The position numbers and the translations under genes were made by a program. DNA of 64,000 bases from NCBI GenBank assembly GCA_045837725.1, contig JBEWZL010000209.1, forward strand, positions 310,001 through 374,000, read 5' to 3'. Below, piece by piece: positions 52,301 to 64,000 of this stretch. The DNA is from Vermamoeba vermiformis (lineage: Eukaryota). The number at the start of each line of letters is the position of its first letter. The stretch's first letter is position 1. The notes beneath the pieces were generated by a model. The model worked only from the letters and a program-made list of their open reading frames with translations. It had not been told where the DNA came from and did not search any database.

Positions 52301-53532
52301 ATGCTGTACTACTAACAGATTGGGCACACTGTTGTATGTAAGTTTTTGCATCCGGTGGACCGATTATTTTCAAACCCCACATCATGCAACGGAAATAAGG
52401 TAACCTGTTCGCATCGACCTTCCTATAACAAGCAATGTTAGGCCATATTCAAGTTACAGACTCTAATCGAATTGAGCGGATCCGATCTGGTAAGAGAGTA
52501 CAGAAGAAAATACTCTTTTGAAAGCTCCAATTACAAATACTTACTGTATGGTAGATATGAGAGATCTCCAATACCCGTAGCCGTGATCACCACCATCGGA
52601 ATAATACGAAGGATGAGCGTTATAACAAATTGCGAAGTACGGCGAAGCGCAATAAGCCAATTCCATCAGAAATTCTTCCGTTATGTGCGCAAGCTTTGCA
52701 AAAGATCTGCCGTTCATATAAAACGATCCACAGTCGTATATCAACCGATAATTTTTCACGTTGACGGATCCGTTCTCGTTAATGCTCGTAGCTTCTGTGA
52801 TTATAAATCCATCTCGGTCCATTCGTAGCAGCCATTGGCCTTCTTGCTCGAGAAGTTTTTGCGATTCTTCTTCGGACATAAAGCCATAGAATGCACGTCT
52901 AAGCGAAAAGTTCAGTTGATATCGTTGCTGGTATTATCTCGATCGAGATAAAATTTGGCTTTTCCTAAAAAGGAAATTAATTGACTTACATTACAGAGTC
53001 TTTGTCTTGCAACAATTCATATAAGAGTGTATTAAACAGTGCTCTATTGTCTATATGAAACACATCGAAAGCTCTCCTTGCGCTTTGTTTCGTAACGACG
53101 GATCTGTCTTTGTCGTCAACGCAGAATGTGGTAAACACCGCTGCGTAAAATGTATTCAGTGGTGTACATCGATGTCTTGAATCGAACTCTGGATCAATAT
53201 TGTGTACGTATCGGTCCAAGGAATATTGTGGGTAGTAAACCAGTTGAGAACCGAATTTTTCTATCGGGATCTGCTCTGTGGTCGCGAACCACTCATCAAG
53301 AATTCCATACCAACCTGTATTTAATTAATTTTAAGCTTTTAAAGTAGATCTCACGCATAAGAGCGATAATTTAATTTTTAATTATGGCGAAAAATAAGGA
53401 AAGCTTCAATTTAACGTGAAAAATTAATAAAAAATACTATAATTGTATTTAATTAATTTTGAATGCAAAATAACTACCATAGCAATCTCGTGGTTGGATG
53501 AATTGCACTCGCTTTGATTTCCGGTCTGCCAT
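49316..53532 (-). CDS. SH2-like + ankyrin + kelch + BC/VHL-SOCS-box protein
   Basis: In-frame junctions checked by hand: RAFYGFMSEEESQKLLEQEGQWLLRMD (SH2-like); GLTALHLAA, ETTPLHLAAERG (ankyrin); PRGYAQCFFIGEYFYIWGG, LAIFGG (kelch); FTLDL...SLEQLAGIEA...LKAIP (BC/cullin box). Confidence 0.75.
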
Positions 53533-53848
53533 GAAACAAACCAAAACCAAAAGGATATTAGAATTAGCGCCTAGTGTGGTATATTCAGAAACCACTTAAA
53601 CTTTGAAGACTAAAAAATGGACGGTTGGCCACTTTTTGAGATTTTCGCGTGAATTGAAATTTAATTTAATTTTGGCTGCTACGCGTCTCCGATAAGGTAG
53701 TGATTGTGAGCCAATGACGATGTTGAATAACTAACATCGTTTAATGGTAAGATAACGAAGAAAGTCCAGCGAGCTGATCAACCTTTGAGAAACTTGCGTT
53801 TACAGTACATTCGACAGTAAAGATCATAATCTTAAACTAAAAGAGCAT

Positions 53849-55676
53849 TTAATCAGAGCCCGAATTAGGAATCGGCCGTAATTTGACGTATCTTAGAATG
53901 CGCAAGAAGTTATCTACGAAAAATAAATTTGCATCGTTCTCATATTGCACTATCAGCTCCGGCTTCCATCCGTCTCCGTAAGCAGTTGCCACGTCAAAAC
54001 TAAGCTCTTTGAACATTACCACAATATGTTGCAACACCGCTTTTGGATCTGTCGGCGATCCACCTGTGGATTCAGTTAGTAACCTTGTACTTACAAAACG
54101 CTGATTGAAATAGCTTACGCAAGTTAGGAAAGTCCTCTGCAATAGTTTCAGAGGTCATAATTCGATTGTATGCCTCTTTGTTTGTGTCGACCAATTGCAC
54201 GACAAAGGCACATCTGTTAGAGCGGTAATACTTCGCTGCTTCGGGAATCAATTCTTTCATGAACCCAACGTTTTCGTGAATATAATTAGGATGGTACTTA
54301 TAGTTCTCTAGCCTCTTATCAAAATGACGCATATTGACCTGCAGATCCGCTCGGTTAACTCGACCTTTCGGTTTTTAGCAATTATATTTTCGGTTACTTA
54401 CGACTAGAACTAACGTTGTGATGCCATCTAGCATATACTTCTGTTGAATTATCGAGTAATTGAGAACTCTTAACTCTTCTGGAGGTATTACAATGTGGCT
54501 GTGCACGCAACATGGTCAGTCAACAAAATTCAAAGTATGAGCGATAGAAAGAAAATAAATAGCAGATTTGTCGAATTTGTATGATTGGCTTTGGCTTACC
54601 AGTACTTAAAATGATCATCCTCGTGAGAGTACATGATTTGCTCGACCGGCCTCAAATAATGTGCCGCGAACGATTGCTTGATGTTATTGCAATAGGTCTT
54701 AATATTGTACATAGCACTCATTCTACTCCATACTAAGGGCTCGTTACACACTTATAATGAATGGTCAGTATGTCACTCAACAAGCCGGGTGTTATTTTTT
54801 GACGAATTATACGTACCTTCGTGTAAGATCTTATTACACTTAGACAAGTTAATGATATCGATTGGATGTGTTAAATATGATACGATGCACCATATCAAAT
54901 CAGTTGGCATTTCTGAAAACATGGCGAAGCTGTCTGAAGCTGGATCCGAACAGATTAAAATCAAATGTAGCATGAAATTATTGCGGTTAATAATACCTTT
55001 ACAGAATATCGGCGTTCTGTTTTGCTTTTTTAGCCTTTTCAAGGCCACAGAAGATAAGTAGTATTCGCCGAAAAGATTGAGCGTTGCAGGTATGAAGTTG
55101 GCGATGTATTCTTCTTTCGTCGTCCATATAGAATTCATTAATTTGTATTGTTCTTCGGTTTTTTCTGTTTTCAAGGCTTCTATCGCTGAGAGCATCTTCG
55201 CGTCATCGTGCAAAAACGGATCGAGTTGTTGCAACCATTCACAAATCGATTGCTGAATAAATTCGTTAGATTAATTGCGTACATATAGTCATATCATACA
55301 TTAAAGAACTGATGAGCGTTTGCTTGGAGAAACAACAATGATTTTGTTTTGAAAATTGGCCAAAGTAGTTCCATTTCGTCTTCTGTAATTTTTCCCGAAC
55401 CCTGATAGCTTCTAATATGCTTAATAGTATTATGCACAAGGTCCCCCTCGAGATCTGGGCAAATCTAAATTATCAGCTATTTATTTTAATTTTTTAATTG
55501 AATAATTACCGAAAAAAACCGACCGAATACACCTTGATTCGTCATCAACTTTCGGTTTATCTATTTTTTTCTGCGAGGACTTCAATTTCTGTTTACTCTT
55601 CTTCTCTGAAGAGACAGACAAGGTCAGGATGGATTAGGATCGGGACACAGCTGTCATCATTACCTTTCTTCTCCAT
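53849..55676 (-). CDS. Hypothetical protein with internal F-box-like motif
   Basis: FSEMPTDLIWCIVSYLTHPIDIINLSKCNK; multi-exon, 5' exon phases not resolved. Confidence 0.6.
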
Positions 55677-56042
55677 TCTCTTTTTCTTTTGAAATCTTAA
55701 CTCCGACTATCGAACAATCAGTATGCCGGCATAGCGTCAGTTATGGACCGGTCTGATATTTATGTTCGTTTCGCCTAACAAAATTGGACTTAACAACGAT
55801 TAAGTCACGAGTGTCTATGCAACACTTCTCAGTAAATCTTGCAGAGCAAGCTCTTATATACAATCAACAATAGTAATTCACAGTTTATTATATTACAAGC
55901 ACAGTTTCGAAAGAGTACAACAGCACCGAAGGCAAACGTTCTTTGTCGACAATTTGCGATCGGCTTTGAGTACTTTGTTATTGCTACAAAATATTAAGAA
56001 ACCCCAAAGGGGTATAATAAATATAAGAAAAGCACCTCCTAT

Positions 56043-59000
56043 CTACATTAAGGCCATTTTAGGACCCTCTTCTGAATCTGGACTCGATCCACCACTCATC
56101 CGACTGTTAGGTGGAGAAGTGAAATCGCTGTATGGATATTCACTGAACGGCGTGTGTACGTTGTTACCGTTCTCAACAAAATAAGGGAAAATATTGTCGG
56201 GTCGTCCTTTGAAGCCATTGGAGTGGCCTGTTGGGACCATCATGGGTGTGGTTGGTGTCGTAGGAGTATTAGGGGTGGGTGGAACGGGTGATCCAAAACT
56301 ATTAGGCATGCCTGTTATCATTAAGACATTAGTATTCTGCGGATCAAAGAGCGGATGCGCGTGATCCTATGTTGGTCGGAAAATTGCTTCTCAATGCTTA
56401 CCATCAAAATCGCCTATCGCGGCCATGTTCCTGAAGTTGGAAACTGGAGGAATAATCATATTCTGCGAAGGCATAATTGGCAAATTGTTCAAGTTCTTTG
56501 GATCTGACAGTGGCGGGGAACCACCGATGTCCATTAACGGTGGAGACAATGGGTTGTTCTTTAGTATGTTCGGGGAGTTATGGGATCCATTACTCCACGA
56601 GCCACTACCATTCTGAAGGTTCTTAGGGCTGTCACTTTCATTTGAGTTTTGCCTAGATCCACGCGTTAGTCGACAGAACTAAATCGAATCAAAGATGTAT
56701 ATAAACAATTCAGCACGAAGAAAAAAGCGAGTTGCTCTAGTCGATCGTGACGCACGAAGAGAAGAAATTTGGATTGAAAAATGAAGCCGTTACATTGCAA
56801 GAAAAATTCGGCGGGAAAAATGTTAGCCCGATCGATTTGAAAGTTGCGTTAATGTAGCGCATAATAAATTGAATCATATCCTAACGCGCGTCGGAAAAAT
56901 GCAAGGTGAATCACTTAAACATAAAAATCAACTTACATTGGATCGCTTGATGCTTCGGGTGAACCTCCACCAATGCCGTAGAGCGGTTTGTTTTTTAATA
57001 GGTTCAGTTGGATGTCGCGCTCTGAGCACAGTTTGCTGATTCGTTCGAGCACGTTCTTGACATGTTTCTGCCATGTAACGGCTGTCAGCAGTTCTACAGA
57101 TTAAATAGATTAGAGATGATGATTGACAAGGCTATTATTGCAAATCTAATAATAGTTGCGCAATGCGGGAAGGTTAAGTGAAACGGAGAAAAGAATGCCC
57201 CACAACGTGCAAAATTCAATTATCCATAAAAGGAAACGAATCGCAAAGTCGATTTTGCTGTGTAAGCAAACGGATGGCGATCGTACACGATTCCAATTCC
57301 CGATTGCTTCTCGGCACGCGACCGCACGAGTTTCTCGTTTCATCAAGAAACAGCAAAATCTACTTACCAATCTCTTTCTCGGCCGTGTCGAATTGCCCGG
57401 ACTCCAAATGGGTGACTACTAACGATTCTAGGGTATTAACTATTGATACAGGGAAGTACTTGAGTTCAGGGTTGTTGATCATGAGTTTTAGCGTTTGATC
57501 CGCCCACTCCAAGGCTGTGTATGTAGAACTCGGTTAATACTCGTAACATATTTTTAAAATATACGAAAACCGTGTCCATTAATTAATCTGGGTATACCAA
57601 ACGGTTATTCTTGTGGAATTCAAACGTACCTTGCTCTTTCATTTTAGCGCGCCAAAAAACTGCCGATCGGGTAGACCACAATAGCACACGATATACGTTA
57701 ATCTCGTAATCGTTCTCACTGTCGTGGAACATCGGCAGCACATGCTTCTCGGTGTGATCCAAGTATTGAAGCATCGACTTGAAATCTGGGTTAGATTCGT
57801 ACTTCATCCTGCTGAAGGTCTGCACGATGATAGTGAAGAACATTTTGTTCGGTGCCACTCGTTGGTGCATCAATCTGTAATAACATATTAGATTAGATGG
57901 CACTAACATCCACAAGCTTTGCATTGGCGATCCATCCCGCAAAAGAATGACGGTTGAATGAATTGAGCTTACCTCGAGAACAGCCTTAGCTTTTTCGTGT
58001 AGTCTAAATTGTTTAATGCTGTCTTAGCAAGCATGCACGAAACTCCGACGGGTGAAGTATCCTTGTACACAAAAAAAGTTAGATTTAACCCGGGATCGTA
58101 TCTTTTGCAAACTAGGCTTACGAGTGCTTTCAAGTTCTTGCAGATGTTATAGGCGAGAGTATTCAGCACGACGGCTTTATCTTTTTCCATTTGTAGGTGG
58201 AAATAGTACGAGAGCAAGGAGTATCCAGATGCAATCTGGTAATCCTTCGTCTCGAACATAAAGTCCTTTGCTATAACAGTAGCGCATTGAACGAACTCGT
58301 CGGCATGCTGTGCGTTTCGTAGTAATAACGAGCCTAAAATGCAAATAGTGTTTAGTAAGATTGCCTTACACGGAGTTTTCACTACAAATGGCCGGGCGCG
58401 ATTAATTTCATGAAAGAATACGATGTAATCTTGAATAATAGCGAACGTGCAGATCTTGCTAGGTTCATTGATTAAAAATATGAAGAATAGTATGATCACA
58501 AAGATCGCTAAAAATTACGTCATGGTGTGATTTATCGACGTGGATTTAGAGTTTATGGATACCGAAAGAAAAATTGATTACCTAGTGCTAAAATCGTATT
58601 TAAAGCCATATTATAGATCCTCTCTTTTCTTGATTGCTGCTCGAAGGGTACTGAGATAAGGGACAGTGCTAGTGAGCCGCTATTTGGTATTTTGAAAAAC
58701 GGGTGGATGAAGTGCAAGTACTTGACGTAAACACTGAGATACGCTGATAATGTTGAACATAATGCGAGGTGCTGCGTATAGGGATCGACAGTTAATTGAA
58801 GACCGTTGTTAGAACCCGGATTAGGTACTGCCGGCTTTTGGATGAACTGAGCTGGTGTTTCTGGAACTTCCATCGCGCCTGTCATATTATTGGGTGATTG
58901 CACGCTATTTTGTGGACTCGGTGTTGAGACTGGGGAGGTCTGGAACTTGGTTGGGTTCTTCCAAATCGCATTTGGTGAGTCGTTTTTCTCCATTTCGCTT

Positions 59001-59242
59001 TTAATCCTCGGAAGCCCATTATTAATAAAATCCGTCTCCTTATTAATTGGCTTTCTTCCGCGTCGCTTGGGTATGGAATAGAGGCAATTTGTTTTTCTCT
59101 TCCTGCACTGTTGGCAGGGATGAGCGCCGTCGCATTTGAGATGCGAAGACCGACAATTCTCGCAGGCTAGCGAGATCATGGATCTTTTGCGCTTATCTGC
59201 CAAATTTTTGACATCTTCTATTGAGGGTTCTTGGCTGGCCAT
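56043..59242 (-). CDS. Zn(II)2Cys6 binuclear-cluster transcription factor
   Basis: ACENCRSSHLKCDGAHPCQQCRKRKTNC followed by KRRGRK; middle region YVKYLHFIHPFF...ALG; P/N/S-rich C-terminal exons. Confidence 0.9.
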
Positions 59243-60150
59243 AAACAATTGTAAGATTATTCAAGATGAGCCTTGAGCCAATCCGTTATTTTTTTTTGTT
59301 TACAAATGGTGTTCGTTTTGATTGCTCCAAGTTAAATATGTACAATAATAACGAAGTTGAGGTATAAGGCAACTTCCTCTTGCGTTTCTCGTCGGAACAA
59401 AAATAATAAATAAAATTCATTGGGCAATCTTTTTTGAGCTATTTTTCGGCGGACAAAACCAACCCCTTAGATTTAGCACCACAAGGGTCTAGTGACCTCG
59501 ATCATAAGATCGGAATGCTCCCTACATCTCTACGGAGGGCCTTCCAGCAACACAAAAGATCGGATTTAACTCACGTAGTTTCTGTGTTTATTCACTTTAC
59601 AGCAAGGCCTATTCTAGGTTGGGAAAGGTAGGCATTTTATTTGACCCACATTATCTTGAACTCTGCACAGTTTTGATACGTCGATTGATGCGCATCTGTA
59701 ATTAAATCCTCCAAAAGAGATTTCCCTCAAAAAGACGAATTAAATCTTTTAATAATTATTAGTCATATTCAATGCCTGCAACGAGCGGAGCAACTAGACT
59801 AAAAATTGCCGCGTGCACGCTGATGCGTAGATTTGGATTACTAAATTTGAACACGTTGAACTTGGCGTGGCGTATAATTTATGATGTTATCGATATCGGT
59901 ATGTTTATTTTACGCGTATCAATGTTCCATTACTGCAGTACTTGCTTACTATTGCACAATCTTGAAAAATCGAAACGACCGACGTTCGCTAGTGGCATGA
60001 TCCAGGATGGATGACGGGACCATCTGTGTAAAACGTGGTAAAACACATATCTGATATTAAAAAGAGATTGCTTTGGTGTTGTTTACGAGCATTGTTTGAA
60101 CTGGCTCGTGCCCACATAAATTAATTTTATCGTGTTGGTCCTCGCACACG

Positions 60151-63100
60151 ATGGTCTCTCGATTATTATTTGACCGCGGGTATCGGCTATTTAAGGCGAC
60201 TAGGACTGGATTTTTGGGGAATACTGGGGCAGGATCAAGTGTAAGTTAGGCTCGATCTAGAATGGCTTGCATTTTAATAATATTTATTTTAATATATTAG
60301 ATTATTTCTCGTTCTTTTGCCAAGCAAGTAGCTCAAAAAACACCCCAATCTGAACCAGATGCAAAAGAAAAATTACAAAAAAATGCCAAAAAACCCGCAG
60401 CACGCCATACTACCACTAAAAATACCGCCGAAAATATAGGCAATAATGTAGATAATGTAAAAAATACAGCAACCCCCAGACGAAAAACTAAAATCACTGA
60501 ACCCATTACTGCATCTGGCGAAAACACGACAGCACCATCAACAAAGCCAGCTAAACGCGCACCACGTGCCGCAAAAAAATCAGACAATTCAAGCACAAGT
60601 GCAGCGGATCCGAGCAGCGAGCCCAATGCAGAAAAGCCAAAGCGATCCAGATCAAAGGCACAAGCGACCGCTAGTGATGCAATAACAGCCTCTAGCGACA
60701 TAAAAAAGCCTGTTAAGAAATCAACTGCAAATAAAAAGGCTGCAGAAGTAGCTGCACCAACTGAAGAGGCGAAAGAAGCTGTCAAAACTGCACCCGTCAA
60801 AAAAACCAAGGCAGATCTCGCCAAGTTTGAAGCAGGTAAGAAATATTGACGTTGATACTGCAATATATACATATCTTGTTAACATTATATTTGCTTAGAA
60901 TTTCAGAAGGGCTTGCCAGCGATCCAGAGGCTCGAGGAAAAAGTCAAAGAGTTCAAAAAGAACGCAGGAGCAAAATTGACCGTGATTTTAGCTGAAAAAC
61001 CTTGTAAGATATCATTATTTTATGAATGGTAGGCAATAGGACTAATTTATGTTCGTACGTAGCTGTTGGTATCGATATTGGACGAGCGCTGAAGATCCAA
61101 AACGAAGGACAATTGACTAAAGGTTATTTTGGCAATATTAAATACGATCCAAAGGCACCTGTAAGTAACAAGAAAAAATACTGCTTTTTGGCTGAATTGA
61201 ACGTGTGCTTGTAATTACGATCCACTCTTTGATCCGTGACGCGATTGAGTTCTTAGTCTTACAATGTTGTTATTTAGAACATCACTATTGTCACGTGGTG
61301 TTTTGGTCACATGCTCGATGTCACGGACAAAGAAGGTGCTTCAAAGATTTGGCGAGTGGATGTGCTACCCATCGTTCCTGATGCATTAGTTACTGTGCCA
61401 CCAGCCGAAGTAAACACTTAGCTTTTTTTTTTTATAATCAGTCCCTTGCATAACTAAACTCTTCGTAGGAGATAAAGAAGAGACTAGCACTCGAACAAAT
61501 ATGCATGTTCTTCCGTCACGCTGATGGTACGAAAATATGAATATGCTGCTCTTTGCTTTATTAATCCTTTGTGCCTTCCATTGCAGAAATTGTTGCGGCC
61601 ACTGATGCGGGAAGAGAAGGAGAGTTAATCTTCCGAGAAATCTACGCGTTCAGCGGATCCAAAGCCCCAGTCAAACGCTTGTGGATCTCATCCCAAACTG
61701 ATCGAGCAATCATTCAAGGGTACTGAGAGCACGATACTATAGTGTGGTAAATATAAGCACTAATCGCAGTATGCAGGTTCAAGTCTCTGAAAGACATCAA
61801 GGAGTTCGATCCATTGTACGACGCAGCTGAATCTCGGAGATATGCGGACTGGTACGTATGAAAGTTTTGATTTGTATTTGTGCTTTGAAATCATTATTGA
61901 ATTCTTTCGTGGAGAGATTGGGAAATCAGTTCATGAAGCAGTGTCGGATCTTGATTCCAAAACACAAACTGACATTTTATGGTATCATAGGTTGGTTGGC
62001 ATTAATTTGACGAAGCTGTATACTCTACTTTATCGCGAAAAGTTCTTTGGCAATGTCGTTAGTGTCGGTCGTGTTCAGACTCCAGTTTTACGAATGATAA
62101 CGGATCGTGCCTTGCAACATAATTCCTTCATTCCTGTACGTATATTTATATAATGAGTATTAGCAATGTCTAATTGAAACGTTTAGCAACCGTATTACGA
62201 AATGTTCATCACGTGCCAGCACGGTAATTCTACGTTCAAAATGCAGTGGGCGAGCAAAACGACAGATCCCGCGCAAAGAAAGAAATTTTTGGATAAGAAG
62301 GAGGCTGTCGCTGCCAGAGACAGTTGTCAGCCTACGATGAAAGTCGTTGATGTTAAACAAGAAAAAATAGTAAGTCGGGCTGCATCATTGCCTTTTTAGG
62401 AAATTTGTAACAGGTTTTAATTCGTTCTTTTTTCTAGGAAGAAAAAGGTCCTTTACTGTTTGATTTAACTTCATTACAAAAAGAAATGAACACGAAGCAC
62501 GCACTGAGTGCCAGCAAGACATTACAAATTGCTCAAAGTCTTTATGAGCGACACAAGTTGATCACTTATCCGAGAACCTCTTCAAGATTCTTGCCGAACA
62601 GTTCCAGGCCTATGGTTGCCGCATTAATTAAGTACGTTATTATTCTCCTCACCCCATTGGACCAGATCCATCGTACGGACGAGATCCAATTTTTATGATT
62701 TAATTGGATCCGTTTGAGGCTAACAATTCTTTCTTAGACAATTTACTCAAGACCCAAAGAACAAACATTTCGACGTTTCACCAATTTTAGCGGTAAACAA
62801 GGCGCTCGTTATTCGCAAATCAGCCGTTGTTTTCAACGAGACGAAAGTGACCGATCACCACGCTTTATTGCCGACTTTGAATTCTGATTGGCAGAATTTA
62901 GCGTCAAAATTGGATGAGAAGGAGATAGTAGTGTTTCAAGCTATTACCAAGCGATTTTTAAGTAAGATCTGTTTCGGATGTGGATCTTTCTCTCGGTATG
63001 TTTTTATTAATCATTGCTATTATTAATAGGTTTGTTCTTGCCTGATTTGGAAAAGACGCGGTACGAGTTAAAAGCGGAAAATAACGGCAATGTTTTCGTT

Positions 63101-64000
63101 GCCAGTTACAATATAATTAACAATCTTGGTTGGAAGGCGGTACGTATTATTTATCAATTTATATATTAAATACTATTACTTATAATTATAATAGATGTAC
63201 CGCGGTGAGTTGACTAAAGAAGAATTGGAAGAAGACAAAAAATTCCCGGCACTGAAAGTTGGCCAAGAAATTACGTGCACTGTTCCTCCTTTAGTAGAGG
63301 TACATAATTATAAGGATATATATGAAATTATTCAGTTTTCATATTTTCTAAAAGAAACTGGGATCGAGATCTGATCTAACGTCTCTTTGATTTTAGGAAA
63401 AAAATACAAAGCCACCAGCGTTTTTCACTGAAGCATCGCTATTGACTGCAATGCAAAACCCGACAAAATATATTGAAACAAATAGCGTAACTGAAAATGA
63501 AGAAATTGCCGAGGAGTGGGGTCTAGGCACTGCTTCGACACGCGCTGGCATTATCGAACGGTTGACTAGCGTGGGATATATTAAGAAAAATAATAGAGCC
63601 CTCTTCCCTACGCGCAAGGGCATTCGATTTATCAAGTTAATTCAAGACGTAAGTTGTGAAATTTCGCTCAAAAGTGATGTGCGACCCGACTTTTGACACG
63701 ATATTTTTCATATAGGAACCGATTGCTAATGTTGCAACTACCGGCAAATGGGAGCACGCATTGGCTAAGATTAAGGACGGAAAGTTGGTACGTATCGATG
63801 GCCACTCAACCGAGTTACCATATTTGGAAGTCATCGCCTCGCTCGAGAACCCGAAATTACTCTATTTTTTTTCTGATGTTTTGCTGATAGGCTGCCAATG
63901 AGTTTACATCTGGCATTAAGACAATGGTTAGCGAGCATTGTACGAGATACAAAGAGTAAGTCAGATCTAGATCCGCTTAACGACCACTGGGTAATTTTTT
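60151..64000 (+). CDS. topB: Type IA DNA topoisomerase, bacterial TopB (topo III)-like, with presequence; 3' end beyond window
   Basis: Spliced motifs [67 protein letters not shown] (catalytic Tyr codon 62567-62569), [27 protein letters not shown]. Confidence 0.93.

Noticed and set aside
60333-60872. 179-aa hydrophobic minus ORF
   Set aside because: Antisense shadow of the K/A-rich topoisomerase exon.
60151-64000. TopB as a sign of bacterial contamination or an integrated conjugative element
   Set aside because: Interrupted by many GT-AG introns of host type; no integrase, relaxase or T4SS genes nearby.
1-64000. CRISPR arrays, tRNA/rRNA genes, transposase/RT genes, alternative genetic code
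   Set aside because: None seen by eye; long ORFs read in the standard code and breaks coincide with GT-AG introns. Small ncRNAs cannot be excluded without covariance-model searches.

Overview
Gene-dense eukaryotic nuclear DNA with many short GT-AG spliceosomal introns (mostly ~50-70 nt), so the ORF track shows exon fragments. I assembled gene models by hand, and starts and some junctions are approximate. The gene content (Grl-like class C GPCRs, TM tyrosine-kinase-like receptors, Zn2Cys6 factor, GPI surface proteins) suggests a free-living amoeboid protist, probably Amoebozoa; this is inference only. There are about 23 genes and one pseudogene. Housekeeping/metabolic: ABCD transporter, TatD, Nudix, P450, MDR oxidoreductase, type IA topoisomerase. 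Signalling: RasGAP, two class C GPCRs, two tandem receptor kinases, Zn2Cys6 TF. Ubiquitin-related: F-box/ankyrin, triple-UBL, F-box, SH2-ankyrin-kelch-BC box. The rest are secreted/GPI proteins and small orphans. Most notable: (i) a paralogous GPCR pair with a bacterial ProX/OpuAC-type ligand-binding domain and GABA-B-like C-terminal coiled coils; (ii) an intron-containing bacterial TopB-type topoisomerase with a mitochondrial-type presequence and a basic linker; (iii) an SH2-like/ankyrin/kelch/BC-box fusion near tandem receptor kinases with mosaic ectodomains; (iv) several bacterial-looking genes carrying introns; (v) a 12-bp palindrome recurring in introns. I saw no rRNA, tRNA, CRISPR array or intact mobile element.
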